64,000 nucleotides of DNA from assembly GCA_050575255.1 (NCBI GenBank), contig JBNZDD010013634.1, positions 3,135,538 to 3,199,537 on the forward strand. Direction: 5' to 3'. This document shows positions 12,830 through 24,853 of the stretch, one piece after another. The stretch comes from Harriotta raleighana (Eukaryota). The notes under the pieces were generated by a model. That model did no database searches. It was not told the DNA's origin and was given only the letters and a program-made list of their open reading frames with translations. Every line of letters begins with the position of its first letter. Position 1 is the stretch's first letter. The position numbers were made by a program, and so were the translations under genes.

Positions 12830-12968
12830 AGACCAGTTTGGGCTGTGATGAGTCTCCCAGTTAACTTTCTTCATTTGAATCACCGCTTAGGCTCACACAC
12901 GTGAAAATTGGACTCAGGAACAAATTGGCCTTGGGGGCCAGTTGATATCCATGGAACTGCACCCAGCG
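12830..12968 (+). mobile_element. Old SINE-like repeat, 3' portion
   Basis: ggctgtgatg...taggctcacaca..tgaaaattgg resembles a chondrichthyan dispersed repeat that I recall. A related piece lies on the minus strand at ~16030-16220. Confidence 0.4.
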
Positions 12969-13674
12969 ATTGGGACAACCAGAAAAAAAGAAATGATATG
13001 AATAGGATTCTTAAAGAATCTTGCGGTTACATTTTCACAGGCATCTATGAAACAGGCTCAGAGAACGAAAACTCTGTGTTAGCGCAATTGCTTGCACGAT
13101 TGTGATACCCCCAGGAATACAGGTAGTTGGAAAAATAGGACTCAGAACTTATTTGAATAACTTAAATTTAAACTTCAATGAGTTTTCTTATAGGTTTCAT
13201 TACTGCAATGAAATGAGTATTGAATTATAAATGGATCTGTTCTCTCAGTACCTTGAAATGGATGATCCCAAAGTGGCCATTAATGTAAAAGCTCAAATCA
13301 AGATGCACGTTGGGTTTGTTAGTAATTAGCATATTTCTAAAGTTTTTGGAAGGCATTGGCATCAAGCTCGCTGTGAATCTAATTAACATCAGTCTGCAAA
13401 GCAGGGATGACAGAAATTATGAATTGGCTTGTGAAAGATTGCCATCAGGATAATAATATTTGCTTAGTGCATCACTTATGATTAGATGGAGATAGAGCTT
13501 GTGAGAAAGGAAACTGCTGGGTGCATTTGAAGATCAAAAGGTTATTTTAATATATTAGCCAGCGTTCGTCTGGAAGAGATGCAAATTTAAGAATCCCCAG
13601 GTTTGAAAAGAAGCTACTAGGTAGATTGGAAATAAAAGAGCACCAGAGTTATTATTATTATAAAGATGATGATA

Positions 13675-13855
13675 ATAATAATGCTTACATTTGATATGGT
13701 GCCAGTAAAGTCAATGTCTCAAAGCTATACACCAGGAAAATTTGCTGAATGTAGTGACTATGCATTTGCTGGAAAACATGCCAGTCAATTTGTACACATC
13801 AACGTCAGTCCCACAGGCAGTCAGGAAGTGAAGGATAGTTGGCCAAGACACCAGG
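13675..13855 (-). mobile_element. Older Deu-domain SINE 3' part
   Basis: Contains tail acatttgatatgg, gtagtgact, cccacaggcag and ttggccaagacacc, the reverse complement of the Deu-domain GGTGTCCTGGCCAA. Confidence 0.7.
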
Positions 13856-14577
13856 CGGTTAATGACTAACTGATATATGAACCAGGGTTTGATCTTACTG
13901 AGAATACCATCATAGTAATATCATAAAGGTAAAATAGAAAATCCATCTACAGTAACACACAGTTTGGAGGAGCAGTAGTATTAATAGATGCTCTGGTAGG
14001 TAAGACAACATAACATTCCTTGTGTGCAAAGGAATGAAGAAAACTAAGTCTAAAAGAGTGATCAAGGTGCCTATGTTTTTCAAACTTGATTAATAAGGCA
14101 CCGTGAAGTAGTGTGCTAAAGGCCTTCGATTCATCAAAGGTATTGAAAGAGTAATAATTCTGTTGTCAAGAGAATCCTACCAAAGTTGAAAGACTGAAGT
14201 GAAAAGAATAATGCCACTAATTTTGGAAGAATATTGAATTTTTTTTTGACATGGAATAGTGCGAAACAAATAGGTTATCGAGAAATTGGCAACAGTTGGA
14301 AGCAGATTTCTAGTTGCATGCTTACTGCCACCTACCTAACAATTCTGTGATAACTTAAAAGATTGTGCTCGTGACATCCAAAGCTCACAAGGCAATGTTA
14401 TTTTATCCAAAAGAGCAGCCATTGACTCTGATGTCACCCAAGGCTCTTTTGTAGATAGCCTCCACATTTTTTTTTACACACTTTAATAAGAACACAGTCA
14501 CTCTATATAGAACTGAATTTAATTGCTTTTTTTCCCATGTTCGTAAGCTTGCCCCTTCATTTTATTAATGCTTCTCA

Positions 14578-14688
14578 GTTTTGCCCACAAAATATACAGT
14601 CGATTCGCTTTACACTATATTCTGTGAAGTGCTTTCTCTCAACGACGTGATAGGCGCTATATCAAATGCAAGGATTATTATCATTATT
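14578..14688 (+). mobile_element. Young SINE 3' end
   Basis: gcccacaaaatatacagtc...ggcgctatatcaaatgcaaggattatta. Confidence 0.88.
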
Positions 14689-15242
14689 TTTCCGAGCCTG
14701 AGCCGTTTACTGACTGTAGCTGTTCTACACTGTCCAAGCTGAAGTTTATTCACTTGGTGATTGATAGGGATCCAACATGGTTGTACCACACACTATACAG
14801 ACCCATAATACTATTGTATCAATGACTTTAGTGCGCAATTGTGCTGCATTTCTTTAGTTAACTTTGAGGTTTTTCTTTGAAAAAGTGTTTTTCTGAAATT
14901 AAATGTTCTTCTCAATCAGCAGTTGTTTTCATCGAGGGTTTAAATTTAGAACCACAATTATTAGTTTTGGAAGGGATGCAGATCTTGATTACAAAGTGGC
15001 CGAGAAATAGATTTATTTGTATTGTTGCCTGATACTTTATGATTACTAAAATCGTGTGCCAAGTGGCAGCTGCAGAGGCTTGAATACATCTGGTGTTGGC
15101 ATCGACTGACAGCAGATTTTATAGATAGTTACTATACGATTACAGTAATCACATGCCAAGGAGGAAGCTGCAGAGAATCAAGTTACAGTTGTCTCCCAGT
15201 TTGAACCCTGAAAGTAATTTGGCTTTGAGGTTCTTTACTTAC

Positions 15243-15335
15243 AATAATCATTGCATTGGATATGGTGCCTTATCGCATCATTGGGATGTCTCAAAGTGCT
15301 TCACAAAATATATTGTATGGATTGACTGTGCATTA
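15243..15335 (-). mobile_element. SINE 3' end
   Basis: aataatcattgcattggatatggtgcc..tctcaaagtgcttcaca is the reverse complement of the family tail. Confidence 0.75.
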
Positions 15336-16459
15336 CAGACTGGAGCATGAGAGCACTCGAATTGAATGCAAACAGGCACTTCATAAGGTCCTGTGCATAG
15401 ATCCATGCAAAGTAATACAAGCAACTAGCATCTACATGTGTTAAGATCACCTTGCGCTCAGCTCCAACTCGGCTTGTTTCTGCCCTCATAAAAATTGCTT
15501 TTGTGTCAACTGCAAAACCTAATTTTATACCCTTGTAACGGTGAAGCTTTGTTCCGCACTCTATAGTGCTAGAGCGTTTACTTCTAGCTAGAAGAAGTGA
15601 AATAGGGTCGGTGAGAATTGGTCAGCGTTGCTGAATATTTTAGCGTCAGTAGTGATGATTCCAAGCACAGGTTTAAATTTTATCTTTTTAAACAGCTAAC
15701 TTCTTGTATGTAAATTGAATTCTGCATTCACTGTGGCAGGACTTGTGCTAATTGTTCAAATGGCTTTGATGGGGGATATATATATAGACACGAAACTCCA
15801 TGATTATCACATTCCATTTCAAACAGGGACATTTTGGTGTGTAGCCTAGGTGCCATATGTATGTGGAACTATGTCTGGTTAGGACACTCTTAAGCATGGT
15901 GATGAGTTTTAACCTGTATCAGACACCCCCAAAAAATACTTGTCACAACTCCAACTCTATTTACTACACTTGACCTCTTCTTACTGTTACAAGAGCCAGA
16001 AGTTGTTAACAGTTGAGGTAACACAATCCATTATGTGACTGACTCTAACCTGCCAGTGTTTGCAGTGAACACATTATGGTTTGAGAATATGCTAGCCATA
16101 GCAGTTTGAAGTCAGTGTGATCACGTTTCTCCCCCTCAATATCCACACTTGCGTTTCCCATCAGGAGTCAGTGGATAGCAAATAGGATGGAGTCTGATTT
16201 CCCATCGCTCCCACTTAGGTTTGCTGATCCCCATTGTTGTACTTCTACAATGCATTTTCCCTGGAAGTGGAGTTCTTTAGCATATTGTTTCGAGAGAGAA
16301 CAAGTGAGCAACACAACCTGGGGTTTGATTTCTGGGCAGGTGAAATTTCAGGCAAGTGTTTTTTTTACTCCAACCTCCTCCGTTTACCTAGCAGTAATTC
16401 GGAGCCCGATTGTTAGTTGATTGGCGGATCACTTTCTGTGAGGTGATAATTCCTTTTAA

Positions 16460-16625
16460 AATAAATAATAATATTAATAATTGGGTCACTTAGTTCACGA
16501 ATACTGTGTGCAATTGGCTGCCACACTTCACCCACAAAATACTCCGGCAGTTCACTTGACAGGACAGTATGTTCTGGGATGTCTCAACGACAACATGATC
16601 AGGCCCTGTATAAAATGCAAAGATG
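16460..16625 (+). mobile_element. SINE 3' half
   Basis: ctgtgtgcaattggctgcc..cacccacaaaatac..tataaaatgcaa. Confidence 0.75.
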
Positions 16626-17836
16626 AATGTCATTTTTTTTAATTGTACATGAAAGACTGCTTCATTTACAAATGCACCATCACTGGTTTGTTTGGGTGTT
16701 GAGACACCTCGCATTTGGAGTCCAACATCTTCGATGGGGAGCTGCCTTGCCACATGGTGTGCCATTAATTTGCAATTGTGACACGCTGAGGTTGTCTCGT
16801 CTGATGAAAGCTACAGACATGAACTGAGACGGCTGGGAAACAGGCCAATCGGAACTAACATGGCCGTGCCATCTATGTCCATTGCCTGCTCGTGACCGAC
16901 GACTCCGCTGTCAGTGGGTGGGGTGTGGAGCTGCTCCTGTCCACGTCTCTGGGGTGCACATGTGCCTCTCATTAACTGCTGACAAGAGGCCGCCAGCTGG
17001 TTCTGCTGAAAGAGGCTCCATGGGACCAGTGGCCACAGGAGGAGCAGATGGTGTTGAGCAAAGCTTTTCCTTTCCACTGAGAACCTATTGCTGCAGCTAA
17101 TGCTTTCTAAAGCCCAGGCTATTAGAACAGGTTTGGTTTACACAGGCAGCAGATAACAATGTCAACTCTAAATGTTTCCTTTTCAGCACGCAGAGTAAAT
17201 GATGAGTCACTGGGATGTGGGCTTCGCTGCCTATTAAAACAATTTGTTTTGTGAGGCACCATAGGAATATTGTTCAGGCTGCTATTTGTGATTTGTGGTT
17301 TTATGAACCATTTAAATTGCAGGTTAAAATCGACCTTTACATTCCCAAATTCAATTAGTTTACAGCCTGAATATTATTTTCACACCTAAGTGTGGAATGA
17401 TTGATTTTTTTTTACCTAGTGTTTTCATTAATTTGGCTTGCAACACAAAGAATTGTAGGTTCATTATTAGTAATGGGAACATTCAAATCTTCGACCACAC
17501 TCCTTGTTTTTGGTTTGAATTTAAGAGTTGTTCAGCAATATGTTTCGATAGGTCTATTTTCAGCTAATTTGATTTAATTCAGGCGAACACAACAGGTGGA
17601 CTGAACTATCTTTACACTCTGAGGTGCATTGTAGCGTTTGCATGGGACAGCGGCTTTTTGATTGCACATGTTCGTGTCAAACCTGCTAATCTTTGCCACT
17701 GGAGGCTGAAGTTCCACAATCAGTAAAATTACATACGTTGTCATGTGCTTATAAGTGGGAAAGCACAAGCTCCAAAACATTACCAACCAGTGGAATTCCA
17801 CTCCTTTACATGCCACCCACTGGGGATATAATGAAA

Positions 17837-18475
17837 CTAATAATAATCCTTGCATTTGATCTTGCGCCTTACCATGTGGATAAGATGTCTCAAAGTGCTT
17901 CAAAAAATACACTGTAAAGTGAACTGCCTGTGTATTTTGTGCGGAAAATGCGGTAACCAATTGTGCACAGCAATGTGCCATGGACAGTCATGAAATGAGG
18001 GTTTATTGTGCAATCCATGAATTCAATAACAACTGGGTTCCTAACCTCTGGCCTGCTCTATGGCCAACCCACCCATCCCACCATTGGCGGGCGAGCCTTC
18101 AGCCACTCTGCCCCATCCTCTGGAATTCTATGCTGCAATCCCTCTGACTCGCCCCCTCCCTAGCCTCCTTCAAGTTCTGCCTCAAGACCTTCCTCTTCGA
18201 TGGTGCCATTAGTCACGCCCCCCTTCCCCTCTCTTCTCTCCACCGTCCCTGAACCCGACACCAGCTCAGGTATGACATTCTGACCATCCAGTGCTTTGGG
18301 ACGTCCTCCTTGTGTGAAAGAGACAATACAAATTCAATTTTGTTGTTGTTATTGCTCGGTAAAGAGAGGTGCATGGAGTAAGGAAAGTTACCTAAGGTTT
18401 TGCCCAATCCAGCAATCGAACCCAGATCCACTCACTTGAGAAGCGAGTGCTCTGTTCAATATGCTATGGGCCCCA
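17837..18475 (-). mobile_element. Full-length SINE interrupted by an L2 (tail 17837-~18010, head ~18368-18475)
   Basis: The tail half and the head half (atggagtaaggaaag..tcgaaccca..gcgagtgctct) are both antisense and collinear with the family. Confidence 0.8.
18038..18354 (+). mobile_element. L2 LINE 3' fragment (tail type 2) nested in a SINE
   Basis: ctctggaattct..ttcaagttctgcctcaagaccttcctcttcga is the L2 ORF2 end. The tail is cagtgctttgggacgtcctcc..(ttg)n. Confidence 0.85.
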
Positions 18476-19929
18476 TAATGTTTATTGTTCTTCTCCAGTA
18501 CTTTTATTTGGCATCTGATAGATGAAACCATTCTACAATTGGTGGAAACTGATCATTAATATCAGTAAAAAAAAGTGGAAGTGAGTTGGAGCCATTGGTA
18601 GAATTGATTGAATTGGTAGAGTTGGCCATATCAGTACTAGTTTACAAATTAAAACTAAAATGAATACTTTTCCACAATTGCCACAAAAACAAAATTGAAA
18701 ACAAATGGCCTCTCACAGGATAAGACTAGATAGACACAAGTGCTGTGTTGAAGATTGACTTGGCTGTGATCTCGGGGTGGAAACTCACACCTTCCAGTTG
18801 AACAAACAGTTCCTTGTCAGATTTGGACAAAGCCACCTGTTCATATGCTCCCAGTACAGTGAGGAGGAATGGCTGCCTCTTCACCCAGGGCTTCTAAAGC
18901 ATCAAAGTATTTTGCTATATACTGTATAGTAACCCTCTCGGCTTATCCAAGTACCTGGAAATCAAACCTGTTTGATCCGGCCCAAAACTGATAAACATTT
19001 TTCTCAAGCAAAATTCTCAGTGTAGATTCTCGCCAGTCCAACTCTCCTACCACATGCTAATGTCAAGCTGAGATGCCCATGTGATGCCCACAGCTTCCTA
19101 CCTCACTGTTTGCCAGCCTGGAATCCCTTGAGCAGAAGATTGCAAAGTCTATCATACAGTACACTCGCGTTCTCAAAAAAAATGCAGTGCTGATAAATGG
19201 ATAAGTGGTTTTATGTACACACTTTCTTTTATATAGAGAATTCTATTTGATCAGCGGGAGAGCATTTTTGTAGATAAATCTCAATGCTGTATGTTGACTA
19301 GGTTTTATGGTGTGAAATAAGTTTCTTTATTTTTCTGCACCTCTCAACACTGTGAAAACAAATCTAGAAACCAATTAATTACACACTTGTATTTGGATTT
19401 GTTAAGGAGATGATTTCGCTCAGTTTGAAGTCGAGCATTAGTTATTAAAGGACCCCAGTAACCGAGAAATTGAAGCACATCTGGTAAACTTAAACAATGA
19501 GTCATTAAAATAAAATATTGGTTCTGGTCACAAGACTGTGGTTAGAATGTCACTTAAATCATAAGATTAAAAAGATTGTAGGGGTGAGGAGCATTTTGCT
19601 TTGTGCATATCCAATTAAATTAATTTAACGTTAATTGTAGATGATGAATGCAGACATTACCCTATGTAATTGCAGGTTGCGGGTTGATTTCAGTGTTTGG
19701 ATAGATCTTTATCTGACTGTACGTTTATGACATTTTTGAGGACGTTCTTGCTTCTGTGACCCTCAGCACACGCTAATCTCTTGGCATTGAGTTTCATTGG
19801 TTTTCCATAATAATAAGGGAAACAGTTTGGAGTCATGTGTTGTTAATCAGCTCAGTCTGCTGTGTACTGTAGGTGTAAACTAGAATCTGGTATCTGTGGG
19901 GTATAAAGCAGCTTGGAGCAAGGTCTCTG

Positions 19930-19986
19930 TGTGAAGCTCTCTGAGACGCCATCCGGCGCTATATAAATCGAAGTTGTTGTTGTTGT
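19930..19986 (+). mobile_element. L2 tail-only insertion (repeated at 20049-20101 across an N)
   Basis: gtgaagctctctgagacgccatccggcgctatataaatcgaag(ttg)n matches L2 tail type 1. Confidence 0.8.
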
Positions 19987-20659
19987 ACTGTAGAACAAAC
20001 AGAGTGCACTGTGTACTGTAGGTCAACTCGGAGTCTGATTTCTGTGANCTCTCTGAGACGCCATCCGGCGCTATATAAATCGAAGTTGTTGTTGTTGTTG
20101 TACTGTAGAACAAACAGAGCCTACACTGTGTACTGTAGGTCAACTCGGAGTCTGATTTCTGTGTCAAGAACTCTGTGTACTGTAAATCTTCAGTGTTCAA
20201 CATCCATAATGTCAATCAACAAGGAGTCTTCCTTCGTTCTACTCTATGTATCTGGCATTTGGTAAGTAGATGCACAGGAGAGATACAGAAAACATACGTG
20301 CTTCTATTTTTGATGAGAGGGCAAAAAATTGAGGGGCAACTCGAAAGGGCAAAAACAGTAGAATGAAGCTGTCATTCAGAAGAGAATAATACACTATTGT
20401 GTGTGTTCCTATCATCAGATAGCTTGTTAGAAAGTCATTCAATTATTTTGTTAGCAATATGAATATCATTTTTGAAGCGATTTGTAAAGTGCTGTAAAAT
20501 GAAATTCAGCTCCATTAATCCAGTTCATCAGCGCATTTCTGGCCTGTATACGCTGCACACAGAAAGAAGCTTCCCATTTAAGACTGCTAAGAAATGAAAA
20601 CTCGGGCACAATAGTATTTTAATCCTTTTGCTGGGATCTATTACTGTATATTGGAGTTG

Positions 20660-20800
20660 TTGTACAAATTGGCTGCCACGATTCGCCCACAAAATACAGT
20701 CACTCTACAGCATACTCTGTGAAGCACTTTGAGGCTTCTCGAAGATGTGATAATGCGCTTTATATCAAAAGCAGTGATTATTGTCATCATCATTATTATT
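20660..20800 (+). mobile_element. SINE 3' half about 215 nt upstream of the BRSK2 exon
   Basis: aattggctgccacgattcgcccacaaaatacagtc..ctgtgaagcactttgag. Confidence 0.82.
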
Positions 20801-20930
20801 ATCTACATTGAACCAGAGCAACAACATCTGTGAATCTTGCTCACCCCGCTGAATGCATTAACTCTGAGCCGTTTAGCCACGCGAATGATATTTTCCATTC
20901 TAATAGTTTTTAATGATTTCTGAAGTATGA

Positions 20931-21119
<189 letters not shown>

Positions 21120-23354
21120 TGATGGGAGGGCTTCAATAAAAACCTCGACTTTAAGGCTACCTCTTAACAAAATTAATTTCATTCATTATATTAAACAAAT
21201 AGACTGCCATAACCCATAGCAAAGCTGCATATTAATTAGTAATAATTGTTGGAGCTAAACCATTGAAAGCCAAGGATATACCATGTGGGTTATTATAAGA
21301 GTGCGGAGTTGTACCCGGTAGCTACAGCACCATAAACTGAATTTGATTATTCAGTTTTTGTTTATTGAGCTTTGCTGATGCTCCAAATTTGCATCCTAGT
21401 GGCTTATGTGTTTTTTTACTGTTGCTGCACAGCCTCATGTTGCACATCTAAATGCACCTTGGAGGCAATTATAAAGTGGTTGGCATTAAATCACGATGTT
21501 CTGTTGAGCATTTTGATGATTTGTAATGTTGTTGTTTGTGTTGGGGGATTTACAGAGCTGACAGGTTGAGATTGGGTTAACCATCGCTGCAGGCTGCCTG
21601 TGGTGTGCAGACAGTGTTGTCATGTTGTCCATGTGCTCTGCTCTTTTCTCCCCTGACTTCTGCCCAGTTCCATCCCCACAAAAATAGGACCTGCAGATGT
21701 TATTCCAACAATGACACAAGTGTAAATATACCATTTGAAGCTTTGGGTTGGTTTCTCTGATAGTCACTGGATTCACTGATCATGTTGGGCAAACTGACAT
21801 GGGATGCTGTCATGTGTCAGCAATGTTTTATCACAAGAGTATTTCTCATTATGTATCCTGCATTGCACAACCTTTAAGACAGTCACAGTTCCAGCCACTC
21901 CACCTCCCTTCCCCTGTTATCTATTTTATAGTTCAACTGATCAAACAAAAACAAGTTTGAGTCAGAGTTTATTGAGACTTGGATACAGTGCGTTTTGTTG
22001 CTGTCTTTTATTATCTGTTAGTGTCATGTAAGCACACGAGGCTTTACAACTGTGAGAGTAAAGACCAGCAGCTTTCAGCGAATGTGCAGAGCTAATTCCC
22101 CATGCTGAGTGTTGCCCTCTTTTGTTGCCCTCCTGAAATGTTTGATTTTGACAAACTCCCGTGTTCAAATCACTGGTTTACAGGGTGCAGTGGCTCAGCC
22201 ATTAGTGTGTAATTTGAATAGAATACAGACATGCACTCATAAAATTACACCATGCACACACCCCCACACACCACATAACACACCTTTCACACAAACATGC
22301 ACTCACCCAAACACATAGAAGATACTTGATGACCATTTATTGAATACATTATTTTATTGCAATGTCTTTCATGATAACCCTTTAATAGCTTGGACTTCTT
22401 TCTGTGAAGTGTTGTTTTGCTGTCTCCAGAGAATTTTGTCCATTCTCTGAAAATCCTATTGGGGTGGGGTCATATTTACAAATGTTGAACCTCCCTGAAG
22501 AAATATCATATCTTAATAACTTAAAAATAAAGCTTTGGGCGTATTATGCTTGAGGAAAAGTTTGTTAAGAGGAAAAGGTCATTGATTTGCAATAGGGAGA
22601 AGCAAGTGTATTAAAGGGTAGGAAAGGTTGCTGCAATTATCTTTATTGTGACCGATTCAGGGAGAGCAATGAAGGAAGTGGAGTTTGAATCAAGAGACAG
22701 ATTTAAGCCCCAGTTTAGGAAAGTTACCGAGAATTCTGTGTTTGAAGTATTCTATGGACTCAAGTCAGTAGTTTGGCTGCAGTTCATTCAACTTTGTTTA
22801 ATAAACTTAGAAATGCAATAGTGCCAGTTAAAGAGTAATGAAAAATAGGATCCATTGCCTCAGAAATTTGAATGCCTACGTCATAATTTAGTCTGTTTTC
22901 TCCATTGAGACATTCTGATTTGGTGTCTGAAATATTTGTATTGATAAAATGTACAAGGCAATATTCATTGTAGAATAAGGAGGAATAAAAGAAAGGATAT
23001 TTAGAGCTGCACCTCCATAATATCTGATGGGCGTTCTGTTTGCCATTTTTTATGGGGGAACAGAATAATGATACAATAATTTCAGTACTTTGGTAACTCT
23101 TCCACCCGAATGCAATCTTCTGTGTAAATTTCACTAATTTAATGCGACAACCAAATCACTAGATTTTTCAGGTCGGGGTTATTTAAAGCTGTTTGTGTGG
23201 TTTTAATGTGGCATTGCTTGTTACCTGTGAGAATGTGACTTTTGATGTACTGTACATGACATCACTTGGCAAATCAACGACACCGGGAGAAACTTTGTGC
23301 CATTTTTGCAATACCTAAACATATATCTAAACAGGCAGTTTGACATCTCATTCA

Positions 23355-23476
23355 TAATATAATCCTTGCATTTGATGTAGTGCTTTTCACATCTTCTAGA
23401 CGTTTCAAAGCGCTTCACAGAATATACTGTAAAGTGAATTGACTGAATATTTGCGGGCGAAACGCGGCAACCAATC
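23355..23476 (-). mobile_element. Young SINE 3' half
   Basis: Near-identical reverse complement of 3590-3714. Confidence 0.9.
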
Positions 23477-23481
23477 CATAG

Positions 23482-23562
23482 ACAACAACAACAACTTGGA
23501 TTTTTGCGCCCTCCATGCCAGATGGCGTCTCAGCACTCTTCACAACAGCGGAGCTCGAGGCC
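23482..23562 (-). mobile_element. L2 tail fragment (type 1) abutting the SINE
   Basis: (caa)n ttggatttt..gcgccctccatgccagatggcgtctcagcactcttcacaac. Confidence 0.8.
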
Positions 23563-24154
23563 GCAACACTTCCAATAATGCAGTGTTTCCCCCAGTAGTT
23601 GAATGGAATTATTGAAGTGAAGATTGTGAGCACCAATCCAATCCAACTTCTACCCAAGAGGTCAGAATCCTCCTGACTGATTCAAGCTGACAAAACTGTC
23701 AGTCTGAGTGAGGACACAATCAGGCCTTCAGCTTCTCATCAGTAACACTGGATATTTTTTCACTTCCTGGTTAGCTGCAGGCCTGATATTGAAAATATTA
23801 TGAGAAAACCAGCATCTCTTGAATCATGCAGAAAGCAATAATGTACAATCTGGTGTCAGGCAGTATATTTAAAAAAGGGGGGAAAGAATGTAAATTGGAT
23901 ACTGAGAGCCTAAGATTAGCAAATCAGCTGCGGTTACAAACCTGCCTTACTGTGATAGTCAGCAGGAAAGTGTAAACCAGGCACCATCACTTCACATTGA
24001 TATCTGCAATTTTTAAAGACCAATTCCTTGTCCTCGGCATAAAATGCAACATTTTCCTTTCCAAATCTAGCACCTAAAAACACATTATAATGTGTATATG
24101 TGTGCTGCCCTTTTGGTCTCCTACGAGACCAACTTAGCTCTATGTGAGTGTTTA

Positions 24155-24212
24155 TCTCCGCCCACAAAATAAACCGATTTACTTTACAGTATACTGTATT
24201 CTCTGAAGCACT
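24155..24212 (+). mobile_element. Short SINE fragment
   Basis: cgcccacaaaata..atttactttacagtatac..tctgaagcact. Confidence 0.6.
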
Positions 24213-24811
24213 CAAAGCAAAGGAATGTATTAACTTTTGGGAAAAGTAAGACTTGTAAAATTTCTCAAATTCCTTTCATAATCTCATAAACTCTTGGCCA
24301 CCAACTGTACAGCCAAATTCATTCAGCCTAGTGCACGTCCATTCATGATTTATCTCATTGAACATTCATGACTTGATTTATCTCCTCTTACTTCATCCAT
24401 TTTTAGCCTTCCCCTATTCCTTGGGTATCTCATTCATTTATGAAAAAAAAACTTTACTACTGTAATTCTACGCAAAAGAAATCTTGTGCTTCTAACATTT
24501 CAGAATGTGTTAAACAAGGAAAATAATTAGTGTGCCTTTATGATGCCATGTGCGCAGAAATACAAGAGGTTCCTTTTCCTTGTGGGTGGTTTTATTGATG
24601 GCTGACAATCGGCTCTGCTAAAAAAAATCTATTTTTTTTTACGGCTTTCTTAATGAGTTCTTTGTTCTCAGCAAGGCCATTAGTGTGCTATTCTGCCTCA
24701 GGTGTGTCAGCATTCTGCCTCTGGGGTAAAAGTGCTGCCTTTTACAATTTGGCGTGTGACACGACGTCCCTTTGGTCAATGAAACCACAGATTGTCTTGA
24801 TCGACAGTTGA

Positions 24812-24853
24812 GTGTCCCAAGACTCTAAACCTGTGTCCCCAGACTCTTAACCG
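24812..24853 (+). repeat. 21-bp imperfect tandem duplication
   Basis: gtgtcccaagactctaaacct / gtgtccccagactcttaaccg. Confidence 0.8.

Noticed and set aside
16790-16850. CTGATGA...GAAA, a possible hammerhead ribozyme
   Set aside because: I could not build helices I-III around the core.
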